From: an uncultured Alphaproteobacteria bacterium | Lineage (GTDB): Bacteria; Pseudomonadota; Alphaproteobacteria; Sphingomonadales; Sphingomonadaceae | Length of the DNA stretch: 64,000 nt | Direction: 5' to 3' | Assembly: GCA_963807815.1 (NCBI GenBank) | Contig: CAWECW010000010.1 | Span: forward strand, 33,214 to 97,213 | Shown: positions 1-12,228 of the stretch, one piece after another | Numbering within the stretch: the first letter of the stretch is position 1 | Layout: every line of letters starts with the position of its first letter | The notes under the pieces: model-generated | Seen by the model: only the letters and a program-made list of their open reading frames with translations | Databases searched by the model: none | What the model was told of the DNA's origin: nothing | Program-made: the position numbers and the translations under genes

Positions 1-132
1 ACGATCGCCTTCGACGATTACGTCGCGACCGGCGGCGAAACCGGCGCGAAGGAAGCGGGAAAGATGCGTTCGGAAGGCAAGGAATATGTCGTCCAGGACG
101 GCGACGTGCTGCTCTTCCGCTTCAACGTCTGA
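1..132 (+). CDS. ychF: Redox-regulated ATPase YchF, C-terminal fragment (window edge)
   Basis: Frame 1 reads [43 protein letters not shown], the typical YchF C-terminus. Confidence 0.95.
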   Translation, partial: TIAFDDYVATGGETGAKEAGKMRSEGKEYVVQDGDVLLFRFNV

Positions 133-746
133 CGGCCGGCTTCCAGCGCTCCATCACGGCGAACACGAGCCCCACCCACAGCAGTCCAAACGCCCAGCCG
201 GCAATGACATCGCTCGGCCAATGGACGCCAAGTGCGGGCCGGCTGAAGCCTATGAGCAGAGCGAGCACCAAAGTGCCGATTGCCGCAATACGCCGTTGCG
301 CGGGGTCTTCGAACAGCAGGAGCGCCAGAGCGAAATAGGCGACGATCGCGTTTGAAGCATGGCCGCTTGGGAAGGACATGTAGTTGACCTCGACCATCCG
401 CAGATGTTCTTCGGGCCGCAATCGGGCGAAATAGTCCTTCTGGAGAATGACGAGGATGCGGCCGCCAAAGCTGCAGATCAGCAAGGTCAGCGCAGCCCAG
501 CGATCTCCGCCGGTAGAATAGCCACGCCGCCCCGACGAGCGTCACAGGCACCACCGTCCACCAATTGCCCAGCTTCGTCAGCCAGATGGCGGCCAGCGCA
601 ATCCACGGCTCATCGCCGGCATAGAGCGCCAGCAGCACATCGCGATCGATGTCCCCTGCCCCAAGCAGCAGCATGGCCACCCACAGCGCAAACAGAAAAA
701 CGGCAAGGAGGGCCGGGCGAACCTGAGCAGCGTCGAACGTCATCAA
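122..746 (-). CDS. PAP2 family phosphatase (frameshifted)
   Basis: Motifs KxxxxRxRP, SFPSGH and [12 protein letters not shown] spread over ORFs 18..746 and 122..484; hydrophobic segments. Confidence 0.88.
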
Positions 747-783
747 GGACGCCCAACGCTGCCAAGCCGCGGATCGCTCCCGA

Positions 784-3376
784 TTAGAACTTCGTGCCCA
801 GCCTCAGGCCGATCGTGCGCGGGCGTCCCGGTACGATGTGGACGTTCGTGCAGATGCTGCACGAAAGACCGCGGGACAGTTCGTTGCGCTTGTCGAAGAG
901 GTTCGTCGCGAACAGCTCGACGTTGTACCGGCTCCAGGTGAACCCGCGAACAAGTCGACGAGAGTGTAGGAGCCGCAGCGTTCCGGTCTGCGCATTATCG
1001 GCCGTTCTCAAGGCCGAGCGAGCCGAGCCCTGGTGAACGATGCCGATCTGGGCATGAGCCCTGCCCGGCCCGATGTTCCAGGCGTAACGCGCCGTCCCCG
1101 TCACCTTGAACTTCGGAGTGACCGGAAGCCGCGTTCCCTTCGGGCGCGGTGATCTTCGTCGTCCTCGGATCGCCGTCGCAGATCATGCGCGCCGTGATCT
1201 GCCGCAATCGCGCAGATGTTATCCTTGGTCTTGGCATCGGTGTAGGCGGCCGCCGCGTTGAGCGTCAGGCCGCCCGACTGGTAGTTGATGTCGCGTCTCG
1301 ATACCGTTGATCCGCGCATCGCGGCCGTTCTGGACGACCGTCAGACTGTTTTCACCCAGGAAGCTGAACTGGAATTTCTCCCATGTCTGATGGAAAATCG
1401 CGCCGTTCCAACGGATCGGACCGAACGAGGTTTTCCAGCCCAGTTCGTAATTGACCAGGAAGTCCGGATCGTATGGATCAAGACCAGGCTGCCGGTTGAT
1501 GCCGCCGGGCCTGAAGCCCTTGGACCAGGTCGCGTACAGAAGGACGTCCTCTTGCGGCTTCCAATTGCGCGTTGAAGCGGTACGTGAAGCCGGTGTCCTT
1601 GCTCTGCTTGGGCTTCAGCTTGCCGTCTTCGAACGTGGCAACGTTGGTGCACGGCGTGCCGGAGATCACGTCGTCCATGATCAACGCCGTGTCGGTCCCG
1701 TTTAGCTGCGACTCCCGCAATGTGTCGCCGCTGCCGGTGTAGCACTGCGCCACGCCCGTTCGCGTACTGTACACGGCATTGGGTGGAACGTCATTGTCCT
1801 CACCCTGGATGAACGCCGGGTTCCGACCGAATCCGGCGAAGCCGAACACGGTGTTGTTGAACTTGTACCAGCGCCCGCCGCCAGTCAGCGTGATTTGCGG
1901 CGTGACGTCGAAGCTGGCCTCGCCGAACAAGGCATAGTCGCGATCGATGCGCTCCTGCTTGGTCAGCCAGATCAGGCCCGGGCGCCCATTGACCGACAAA
2001 TCGTCGGCCAGATTGTCGACGCGATATTCCTGCAGGATGTCGTTCGACTGCCGTTGGTAGAAGGCGCCGCCGATGACCCGGAACGGCTGGTCTGCCGGGC
2101 TGGAGAAACGCGCAGTTCCTGGCTCAGCTTCTTGAAGTTGTTTCCGCCCGTGATGTACTGGCGCGGATCGATCGGATCGCCGTTATTGTCGAAATAATAC
2201 TGATAGTTGGCGAGACCGCCGTAGCTCTCGTAATAAGCGTCGTAGGCGTCCGTGTAGTCGGTATAGTCGCTCGATGCCGCTGAATTCGGCCGATGCATGT
2301 AGGCGCCGGCATAGGTGATATCGAAATTGCCGACCTTGCCCTCGACGGTCAGCGCATATTGCGTGAATTTGTCTTTGCCCGGCTCCTTGCGGAAACGCTG
2401 CGTTTCCAGGTCGCCCAGCCGCTCGTCGAAGTACCATACGCCCCGGGTTTCGGAGTTCTGGTGCATGATCGTCGGCGTGACCGTCCAATTCTCGTCGAGG
2501 TCGATCTTCAGCGCGGCGCGGCCGCCATAGGTCTTGTTCGTGTTGATGTTGTTCTTCACGAACGCCGCATTGTCGGCCTGGAAACCGTTGCGGACGCAAC
2601 CGATCGATCTCGTCGTCCTCGTCGGTGATGACGTCGCCGCAATAGCTGCGCGTACCCGGGACATTGTCGATGTAGCCGGCGTCGCTCTGGTAGAAGGCGA
2701 CCCCGCGGAATGCGATATTGTCCGCGACGGGCAGGTTGATCATGCCCTCCAGGCTGCCGCCCATGCCGCCGTGGGCGACGGAGTTGATCTCCGCATCCAC
2801 GCGCCCTTCGGTAACCCCGAGTTCCGGCTTGTTGGTGATGATGCGGATCGTGCCGGCCTGGCTCGAGGCGCCGTACAGCGTGCCCTGCGGACCGCTGAGG
2901 CTCTCGATGCGGGCGATGTCATAGACGTGGACGTCGAGCGTTCCGCCGATCGTCGTGATCGGCTGCTCGTCGAGATAGAAGCCGACGGACGGCAGCGAAC
3001 CCGTGTGGTTGCCGTCGCCGCCGGTCGCGACGCCGCGCATGTAGACCGTCGTAAAGCCAGGCGCCGCGGTCTGGAAGCTGACCGAAGGCAGCTGCTTCGT
3101 ATAATCTTCGAAGTTCGAGATGTTCAGCTGGTCGAGGCGGCGGGTGCCGATCGCCTGCACGCTGATCGGAACGTTCTGCAGGTTTTCCTCGCGCTTCTGC
3201 GCGGTGATGATGATTTCGTCATTCTCTTCGGGAAGCGCCTCCTGAGGAGCCGCAGCCGGTTCGGCCGCCGGAGGCGGTACCTGGCTCGTGTCCGTGGCCT
3301 GCGCGAAGGCGGGTGCCCCCATCGCCGTCGTTGCCAAAAGTCCGAAAGTAATTGCCCGGATTGTCCGTGCGGCCAT
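784..3376 (-). CDS. TonB-dependent receptor (several frameshifts)
   Basis: Signal peptide, IIITAQKREENLQNVP, plug motif GPQGTLYGASSQAGTIRIIT, NLFD, terminal GTKF. Confidence 0.93.
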
Positions 3377-3487
3377 GACTGCCCCCAATCGACCTAAGTG
3401 CCGGCATTGCGGCAGAGCGATGACGGCTTGTCAACGCCGAAACGTTGCGCCGCCGACACATCTTCGACGGACTGTGACAAAGGCGCT

Positions 3488-5079
3488 TCAGAAAGTGTGC
3501 GGAGCGTCCGGATAGGCGTCGAGCACGGGCCCCAAAGCCTGCCTGAGCGCCCCGAGATGCGCGTCATAGGCCCGCCACTCGTCGGTCGCGTCGCGGTAGA
3601 TGGGCCGGCGCACCTGTTCCGAGCTCGGCGTCCGCACGGCTCGGTCCGTTTCGTAGAACGTCAGGCAGGCCGGCTCGAAATCGAGGCCGCAATAGTCCAG
3701 CAGCGCGCGGATCTCGGCTTCGGTGTCGTCGACCATCCGCTCGTAGATCACGCGATGGACGCGCCCCGGCAGGACGTCATCGACATGGGCCATCAGCCGA
3801 ACATAGTCGGAATAATAGCGGCCGAGGTCATCGAGGTCGTACGTGAAGTCCTGCCCCCGCGCGAAATGCTGGCGGAAGTTGGAAAGGCAGCAGCCCAGCG
3901 GATGCCGCCTCGCGTCGATGATCTTCGCGTTCGGCAGGACCATGTGGATGAACGGCACGAACATCCAGTTGTTCGGCAGCTTGTCGATGAAGAACGGCCG
4001 GTCGGTCCTGCGCTGGACGGCGCTTCGGCGGAGATACTCCTCTCCAGCCTCCCGGCGTTCGTCCGCGCTGAGCGCGACGGCCGAGACGGGATACTTCCCC
4101 CGGCCGCGAGCGATCGCCGGCATGTCGGGCAGCTCGGACGTCCCCTCGACGAGGCTGTGAGATGAAAGGATCTGCTCGATCAAGGTCGATCCGGCGCGGG
4201 GCATGCCGACGATGAAGATCGGATCGGCGGCGGGACTTCCGCCTGCGCTGGCCAGGACCTCCGCGGTAAAAAGCTCGATGCTGCGGTCGATCAGCTTGGC
4301 TTTGATGGTCCGCATTGAACGGGTGATATTTGCGTCGAAGCGCATTGCCGGCCGAATAATGGGCGAATGCCTCGTCGCTCCGTCCCAGGTCATGCAAGCG
4401 CCTTGCCGAGCGCGAATTCGACATGGAAGCGATCGTCGTCCTTCAGCTCGGCGAGGCCCAGCGTCTGCTCCATCGCCGTGATGTCCTCATCCGAGAAGCG
4501 GACGGTCTTCAGATTGGCGAGGCTCCACCAGACTTCTCCCATCGCCGGATTGATCGCGAGCGCCTTGCGATAGGCGGCGACCGCTTCGTCCAGACGCCCG
4601 ACGGTCTTCAACATATGGCCGTAGCTGGTCAGCACGCGCGGCTGGTGCGGCGCCCGCTCGAGCACTTGCCGATAGAGTTCCAGCGCCTGCTCGAAATCGC
4701 CGAGCCGCCCGAGCGTTGCGGCCTTGAGGTTGAGATGCCCCACCCGATCGGGCTCGTCCTCGAAGATCCGGTCGAGCAGATCGAGCGCTTCCGCGGACCG
4801 TCCCAGCCGGCCCAGGACCATCGCCAGATTGGCCCGCGCCGCCGTGAAGTTCGGGTCGATCTCCAGCGCGCGCCGAAGCAGGACCTCGGAATCCTTGAGC
4901 CGCCCGAGGCGCGCCGCAAGCTCGGCGAGCATGCGGATGGCGCGAACGTCGAAAGGGTCTTCCTTCAGGTGCGGCTTCAGCACCCGCTCGGCCACGTCGA
5001 GGCGGTTCTCGTTGAGCGCCATCGCCGCTTCGATCAGCCGCGGATGCCAATGACCTGCTCTTGTCGGCTCGTTCCCCAC
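3488..5079 (-). CDS. TPR-repeat sulfotransferase (Sulfotransfer_3; frameshift near 4390)
   Basis: N-terminal TPRs; PIFIVGMPRAGSTLIEQILSSH, FIDKLPNN and RHPLGCCLS motifs. Confidence 0.9.
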
Positions 5080-5141
5080 GGGCGGTTCGTAGCGCGGCCT
5101 TTGCACTCGCGCCAAGCGGTAGTGACGGCTATGCGCCCCGC

Positions 5142-5595
5142 ATGCGCTATTTCGAAGATCTGGAAATCGGTGCCGAGACCCATTTCGGCTCCTACGAAGT
5201 GACCCGCGAGGAAGTGCTCGACTTCGCTCGCAAGTACGATCCGCAGCCCTTCCACCTCTCGGACGAGGAAGCGGCGAAGACCCACTTCGGTCGGCATTGC
5301 CGCGAGCGGCTGGCACACCTGCGCCATGACGATGGCGGTCATCGCCCGGCATGTCGTGGACGGCGAGCAGGAAGGGCTCGGCTCCCCGGGCGTCGACGAG
5401 CTTCGCTGGCTGAAGCCGGTCTATCCGGGAGACACGCTCCACGTGAACGGCAAGATCATCGAGAAGACGCCGTCGCGCTCGAAGCCGGAGATCGGCTCCT
5501 TCCGGACGGAGACGACCGTGACCAACCAGGACGATGTCCCGGTGATGCGCTTCACGTCGATCGTGCTGATCCGCCGCCGCCCGGCGGACGCATAG
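5142..5595 (+). CDS. MaoC family dehydratase (frameshifted)
   Basis: MRYFEDL...DPQPFH...ASGWHT...LRWLKPVYPGDTL hotdog-fold motifs. Confidence 0.88.
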
Positions 5596-5637
5596 GCGAT
5601 ACCGGGACGGCATGACGACCGCCCCGGCTGAACTTCA

Positions 5638-6247
5638 TCAGTCGTTGTCGGCGCCGCGACGGGTGCGTCGCTCGCGATGCCGCGCTCATTGCGAGTTCGC
5701 GCGCGTGCAGCACGGCGCTCCGCACGCTGCTCCGACGGCCTGCGGCACGCCGTTCGGCCCAGGCAGCGCGCTGCTCGGCAGTCACTTCACGCCGGACGAC
5801 CTGGTTCGGCTGGCCGGCACGCTGACGAACCGTGCGGTTGGTCGCCTGCGGTCCGTTCTGGAAGTCGGCCCAGTTCTGCAGGACTCCGCCAGTGCCGCCT
5901 GTGGTGGTGGTTGCACCCCGACGGCGCCATTCCCAGTAGCGGCGCTGCGCGTCGCTCCAGCGGTGCGCACGCCGGTCGCGGTCGTACACGTAATAGCCGC
6001 TGCCCGGGTAATAATAGCCGTCGTACCAGCCGTAATAGGGCTGGCCGTAGCCATAGCCGTAGCGGTTGTAATTGGCGCCGTAATAGCCGCCGCCGTAGTA
6101 GGGGTCGTAATAGTCGCCGTAGCCGTAGCCATTGCCGTAACCCACGCCGACACCAAGTCCGCCGCCGTAAGGGCCGTAGGCGCAGCCGCTGAGGCCAACG
6201 CCGGCAACGATCGCCAAGGCGGCCGTCTTGAGATTGAATACGCTCAT
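5638..6247 (-). CDS. Tyr/Gly/Arg-rich lipoprotein of unknown function
   Basis: Lipobox LSGC after a hydrophobic signal; GYGYG/PYYGWYDGYYYPG repeats; 3' end inferred across a frameshift. Confidence 0.7.
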
Positions 6248-6381
6248 GTCACTTCTCCAGTACATCCGGAGGATGCTGCCCACTCACTCCGCCTCGGCGG
6301 GTGAACGGCCACTGAATTAAGCGCATGAAATCAGGCGGATGTTCCGCCGCTCTACTGCCGCAGATGCGCGGCCAGCGGAGC

Positions 6382-7311
6382 TTAGCCCTCGATGCCGGCC
6401 TTGCCCTTGGCGCGCGCCGACTTCGCCTGGTTCTTCGGATCGAGCGCGCCGGTCACGCGAACCTTGCGCTTCTCGCGTCGCCCAGATGTTCCGATACGCA
6501 AGATAGCCGAGAATGGTCGCGAACAGCAGGAAGACCACGACCGCGAGACCCGTCGCGTGGCGCTTCTCGAGCTTCGGCTCGGCGGTCCACACCAGGAACG
6601 CGGAGACATCCTTCGCCATCTGGTCGACCGTCGGCGCCGGATTGCCGGGCGCGTAGGTCACCTGCCCGTCGGCCGTCAGCGGCGGCGGCATGGCGAGGTT
6701 CAGGTTCGGGAAGTAGGGATTGTAGTACAGGCCCTTCGGCGTCTTCGCCGCCGGGAACTTCTTCAGCAGTTCCGCCGGCTGCTGCTTCTCGTAACCGGTC
6801 AGCAGCGAATAGACGTAGGCCGCGCCGTCATGACGGGCCTTGGTCATCAGCGACAGGTCAGGCGGAAGCGCATTGTTGTTCGCCGCGCGCGCCGCAATTT
6901 CGTTCGCGTAGGGCGACGGGAAGCGGTCGGCCGGAAGCGCCTTGCGGGTCGCCGGCTCGCCGGTTTCCGGGTTGGTGGTCGGAACCTCGATCGGCCACTG
7001 ATTGGCGATCGCCTTCACTTCGGCCTCGTTGTAGCCGAGCGCCTCGAGGTCGCGGAACGCGACCAGGCTCAGGCCGTGACAGGCCGCGCAGACTTCCTTG
7101 TAGACCTGGAAGCCGCGCTGGAGCTGCTTGCGGTCGAACTTGCCGAAGGCGCCGTCGCTGGCGAGCGCCAGTTCCTTCGGATGATGGTGGAACTCTTCCT
7201 CGGCGGTCGGCTCGGGCGGGCTTGTAGAGGTCGAACGTTGTTGAAGAACGAGATCAGCAGCACCACCGAGAAGACGGCGCCGACCAAGCCCATGAAGATC
7301 CGAAGAAGCAT
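6382..7311 (-). CDS. petC: Cytochrome c1
   Basis: [41 protein letters not shown]-terminal TM anchor. Confidence 0.95.
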
Positions 7312-7326
7312 TCTGCTGGTGCCCCC

Positions 7327-8639
7327 TTACTCGGCCGTCGCCGTTGCGCCGCCCCGCGGCGCGCATTCCGGCCGGAGCAGCTTCCTGCTTTTCACCATGC
7401 AGCCGCGACGAGCTGATCGAGTCCGGCAGCGGAAGCGGCGTCTCGAACGCCGAAATCAGCGGCAGGATGATGAGGAAGTGCGCGAAATAATATGCCGATG
7501 CCAGCTGGCTGAGCGCGACGTAGAACGGCGTCGCCGCCGCACCGCCGCACCAGCCGAGGATCAGGATGTCGACGACCAGCAGCCAGAAGAAGCGCTTGAA
7601 CACCGGGCGATAGGATCCCGAGCGGACCGGCGACTTGTCGAGCCACGGCAGGAAGAACAGGATCAGGATCGACCCGAACATCGCCAGCACGCCCCACAGC
7701 TTCGCGGGCAGGATGAAGTCCACCGTGAAGGCGCGCAGGATCGCGTAGAACGGCCAGAAGTACCATTCGGGCACGATGTGCGCCGGCGTCGCCAGCGGGT
7801 TCGCCGGAATGTAATTGTCCGGGTGCCCGAGGAAGTTCGGCGCGAAGTAGACGAAGAAGGCGAACAGGGTGAGGAAGCCGGCCGCGAACCAGCCGTCCTT
7901 CGCCGTGTAGAACGGATGGAACGGAAGCGTGTCCTTCTCTTCCTTCACGTCGACGCCGGTCGGGTTGCTCGAACCCGGAATGTGCAGCGCCCAGATGTGC
8001 AGGATCACGACCGCGGCAATCACGAACGGCAGCAGATAGTGCAGCGAGAAGAAGCGCGTCAGCGCGGCCTGGTCCGGCGCATAGCCGCCGAGCAGCCACA
8101 TCGCGGATCGGCTCGCCGACTAACGGAAAGGCCGAGAAGAAGCCGGTGATGACCTGCGCACCCCAGTAGCTCATCTGGCCCCACGGAAGCACGTAGCCCA
8201 TGAACGCCGTCGCCATCATCAGCAGATAGATGACCAGGCCGAGCATCCACACCAGCTCGCGCGGCGCCTTGTACGAACCGTAATAGAGGCCGCGGAAGAT
8301 GTGGATGTAGGTGACGATGAAGAAGAAGCTGGCGCCGTTCATGTGGATGTAGCGGATCGCCCATCCCGCATTCACGTCGCGCATGATGTGCTCGACGGAA
8401 TTGAAGGCTCCGTCGGCGCTCGAATAATACCACATCGCCAGCACGATGCCGGTGACGATCTGGATGGCGAGGAACAGGCCGGCGAGGACGCCGAAGTTCC
8501 ACCAGTAATTGAGGTTGCGCGGAACCGGATAACCGCCGCCGACCGCGCCATAGACCAGGCGAGGAAGCGGAAGCCGCTCGTCCAGCCAGCGCATGAACGG
8601 GGCTTTCGGTTCGTAGGGTTTTGCCCAGGCGAAGCTCAT
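7327..8639 (-). CDS. petB: Cytochrome b
   Basis: [41 protein letters not shown]. Confidence 0.97.
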
Positions 8640-8655
8640 GTCTGGTTCTTTCCCC

Positions 8656-9231
8656 TCAGCCGATACGGACAATGGTGTCGGAAACGAATTCATAGTCCGG
8701 AACGACCAGGTTGGTCGGTGCCGGACCGCTGCGGATGCGCGCCGCCGTGTCGTAGGCCGAACCGTGGCACGGGCAGAAATAGCCGCCGTACGGACCGCGG
8801 TTCTCGCCCTCGCCGGTGCCCAGCGGCACGCAGCCGAGGTGCGTGCAGACGCCCAAGCGTGATCAGCCAGTTCTGCTTGCCCGGCTTGGTGCGCTCGGCG
8901 AGCGTCTGCGGGTCGCGCAGTTCGCGAAATTGGCACCGAATTCGCGGCCTGGATTTCCTGCGGCGTCAGGTTGCGGATGAACACCGGCTGCTTGCGCCAG
9001 ACGGTCTTGATGGCCTGGCCCGTCGCGATCTTCGAAATGTCGACTTCGGTCTGACGCGAGCGCGAGCACGTCGGCCGGCGGGCCCATCTGCGTGACCAGC
9101 GGAAGCGCGACCGCGACGACGCCGACTCCGGCGAAGCTCACGGCCGCGACGTTCAGGAAATCCCGGCGACGGACGCCGTCTCCGGTTTCAGCCGGTTCCG
9201 ACCCCTGTGCGGATTGTTCCAGCGTGGCCAT
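8656..9231 (-). CDS. petA: Rieske iron-sulfur subunit of the bc1 complex
   Basis: Tat motif RRRDFL; CTHLGCVP and CPCHGS. Confidence 0.96.
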
Positions 9232-9415
9232 GCTTCCCCTTGTGACGCCCAGTGACGCAAAGTGCTGTAACGTGCCGGACAGGCACATAACGAAGTCGCC
9301 CGTGGGAGGACCTCAAGGGCGATTGGCGGGCCTGATAGCCTCGCCTTTTGGCACTGCCAAGGGGCGGAATATGCTTCGTTTGCGATTAGCCGCCCTCCTC
9401 GCTTAAGCGCGGCGC

Positions 9416-9870
9416 ATGCGGGTCGCCCTCTACCAGCCTGAAATTGCCGGAAACGTCGGCGCAGTCATGCGCCTCGGCGCCTGCCTCGGAGCGGCCGTCG
9501 ACCTGATCGAACCGATGGGATTCGCCTGGGACGATCGCCGCGTCCGCCGCACGGCAATGGACTATATCGACCATGTCGAAGTCGTCCGGCACCAGCGGCT
9601 TCGACGCATTTCGGCAGACGGTCGGCGCGGCCCGCATCGTCCTGTTCACGACCAAGGCGACCGTCTCGCCGTACGACTTCGCCTTCGCCGGCGACGACAT
9701 CCTGCTGTTCGGACAGGAAAGCGCAGGCGTTCCCCAGAATCGTGCGCGAAGCCTGCGACGCGTCGGTGCGCTTGCCGATCCGCGCCGAAGTCCGCTCGCT
9801 AAACCTTGCCAGCGCAGTCGCAATCGGGCTTGGCGAAGCGCTCCGACAGACCGGGAGATTGCCGTCTTGA
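9416..9870 (+). CDS. trmL: tRNA (cytidine(34)-2'-O)-methyltransferase, SpoU/TrmL
   Basis: MRVALYQPEIAGNVG...LLFGQESAGVP...RSLNLA. Confidence 0.88.
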
Positions 9871-10731
9871 AGCCGTTGGACGATCAGCAACAGGCCGCGC
9901 GCGACTGGTTCGAATCGCTGCGGACCCGCATCTGCTCCGCATTCGAGGAGATCGAGCGCGAGGCCGGCAGCGACGCCTCCTTCGAATATCATTCCATGGG
10001 AGCGCACCGACCCGGACGGTTCGCCCGGAGGCGGCGGCGTCCGCGGGCAGATGAACGGCAAGGTGTTCGAAAAGGTCGGGGTGAACGTCTCGACCGTCGG
10101 CGGCCGCTTCTCGCCCGAATTCGCCGCGAGCATCCACGGCGCGGCTGAAGACCCAAGCTTCTTCGCCACCGGGATCAGCCTCGTCGCCCACATGGCGAAC
10201 CCGCATGTGCCGGCCGTCCACATGAATACGCGCTTCCTCGCGACCACGAAGCGCTGGTTCGGCGGCGGAGCGGACCTCAATCCCGCGATTCCCTACGAAG
10301 AGGACACCGAGGCCTTCCACGCGCGGCTTCGGGCGGCCTGCGCCGCGCACGACCCGACCTTCTATCCGCGCTTCTCGAAGTGGGCGCAGGACTATTTCCA
10401 TCTCCCGCACCGCGGAGTCGATCGCGGCGTCGGCGGCATCTTCTACGACCATCTCGAATGCTTCGAGCCTGGCTCAGGGCCGACCTTCGACGCCAATTTC
10501 GCCTTCACGCGCGACGTCGGCGAAGCCTTCCTCGACATCTTCCCGAAGCTCGTCCGCAAGCGCGCCGACACGCCGTTCACCGACGAGGACATGCAGCGGC
10601 TGCTGGAATTCCGCGGCCGCTACGTCGAATTCAACCTGCTCTACGATCGCGGCACGCTGTTCGGCCTCAAGACGGGCGGAAATATCGACGCCATCCTGAT
10701 GAGCCTTCCGCCGCTGGCCGCCTGGAAATGA
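9867..10731 (+). CDS. hemF: Oxygen-dependent coproporphyrinogen III oxidase
   Basis: VFEKVGVNVS, WFGGGADL, RGVGGIFYD, RGRYVEFNLLYDRGTLFGL. Confidence 0.96.
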
Positions 10732-11345
10732 GCTACGAACCGGTCCGCGACGACGATCTCGTGGCGGTCGTCACGTTCCTCGAGATGCGGCGAACCGCCG
10801 GCGCTAGAAGTACCGCCCTCCCCTCTGTCGCTGCACCGAATCGAGAATCCCGCAGCCCGAGCCTATCGCGCGCTCTTCCGGCAGGTCGGCGCGAAGTGGC
10901 TGTGGTTCTCGCGGCTGATCATGGACGATGCGAAGCTCGCCGCCATCATCGGCGATCCGCGAGGTCGAGCTATTCGCGGTCGTCGACGAAGTCCGGCAGC
11001 GAAGTCGGGCATGCTCGAGCTCGACTTCCGCGAAGCCGGGCGAATGCGAGCTATCGTTCGTCGGCCTCGTTCCGGAACTGTCAGGCCAGGGCCACGGCCG
11101 CTGGCTGCTGGCCGAAGCCGTTGACCGCGCCTGGCGCGAGGGCGTAAAGCGCGTCCACGTGCACACCTGCACGCTCGATCATCCCGCGGCGCTTTCCGCT
11201 TATCGCCGCGCCGGATTTCACGCCCTACAAGCGCGCGATCGAGCGCTTTCCCGACCCGCGCCTGCTCGGCATCCTGCCGCTGGACTGCGCGCCTCAGTCG
11301 CCGGTGCTCGGCACGCTCGCTTCCACGTCGCGCCCCGCCACCTGA
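10728..11345 (+). CDS. GNAT family N-acetyltransferase (frameshifted)
   Basis: GLVPELSGQGHGRWLL and VHTCTLDHPAAL motifs. Confidence 0.82.
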
Positions 11346-12131
11346 GTGTAGATCCGCGTCATCATCACTGCGGCGAGAACCGAGAACACACCCTGCGCCG
11401 CCGCCGTGATCAGGGCGATGATCAACGCGCTCAACGAAAACGGCTCGATGGTAGAGCTCACAAGACGCGGCAAGTATGCCGCCAACGATGCTCGCGGCCA
11501 CGATGAGCGCGATGGCGGCGATCAGCAGCAGGACGATGAAGCCCAGCAAGCGCCAGTAATTCCCGGCAGTCAGCAGCCAGCTGCGCTTCAGGATCGCCAG
11601 CGGGCCGACAGTCTCCGCGCTCGCCACTGCCGACACGAGCATGAACCGGATGGAAATTGCGATCAGCAGCAAGGCCATGAGCAGGACCAGCAGTCCGAAT
11701 GGGCCACTCGCCTGTCCCGGCGTGCAGGCTTCGACCGCATCAACGCCGAGAGCGACAATGAAAATCATGACGATCGGGATCAGCACGAGGGCCATCCCCA
11801 AGATCATGATGACGAAGGCGCCCAGCGCTGCCGGAAAGCGCCGCAGCCCGTGCTGAATGGCGTCGCCGACCGTGGTCGATGGTCCGAGCGCCAGGCGAAC
11901 GATCGAAAGCTGGCCCCAATAGGGATAGCAGGAACACGGCAAGCATCATCAACTGGACGATGCCCGAGGCGTTGGCAGCACCACCGGCGTCCCAGCAGGC
12001 GCAACCAGGCCCGCCACCGCCTGCGGCAGGACGATCAGGGCCAGAGCAACAGCGATGATCAACTTACCGTCGCGGCCAAAGATCTCGCGCGTCTCGTCCC
12101 ACGCCTGCGAAATGGAAAGATTAGCAGCCAC
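11294..12131 (-). CDS. Integral membrane protein (GDPD-membrane-domain-like)
   Basis: Several TM helices; LSISQAW start; [16 protein letters not shown] motif. Confidence 0.65.
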
Positions 12132-12228
12132 CGTGATCCCCTTTGTCAGTTCCGGCGGCGTTATGCGGGCGGACGCGTCGCGCTTGCAACGCGCTTGCGG
12201 CAGGCCCGGCAGAGGCCATCTCGCCAGC

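Noticed and set aside
6317-8101. Apparent cytochrome b-c1 fusion ORF (594 aa)
   Set aside because: petB has its own stop (7327) and petC its own RBS and start (7311); indels join the frames.
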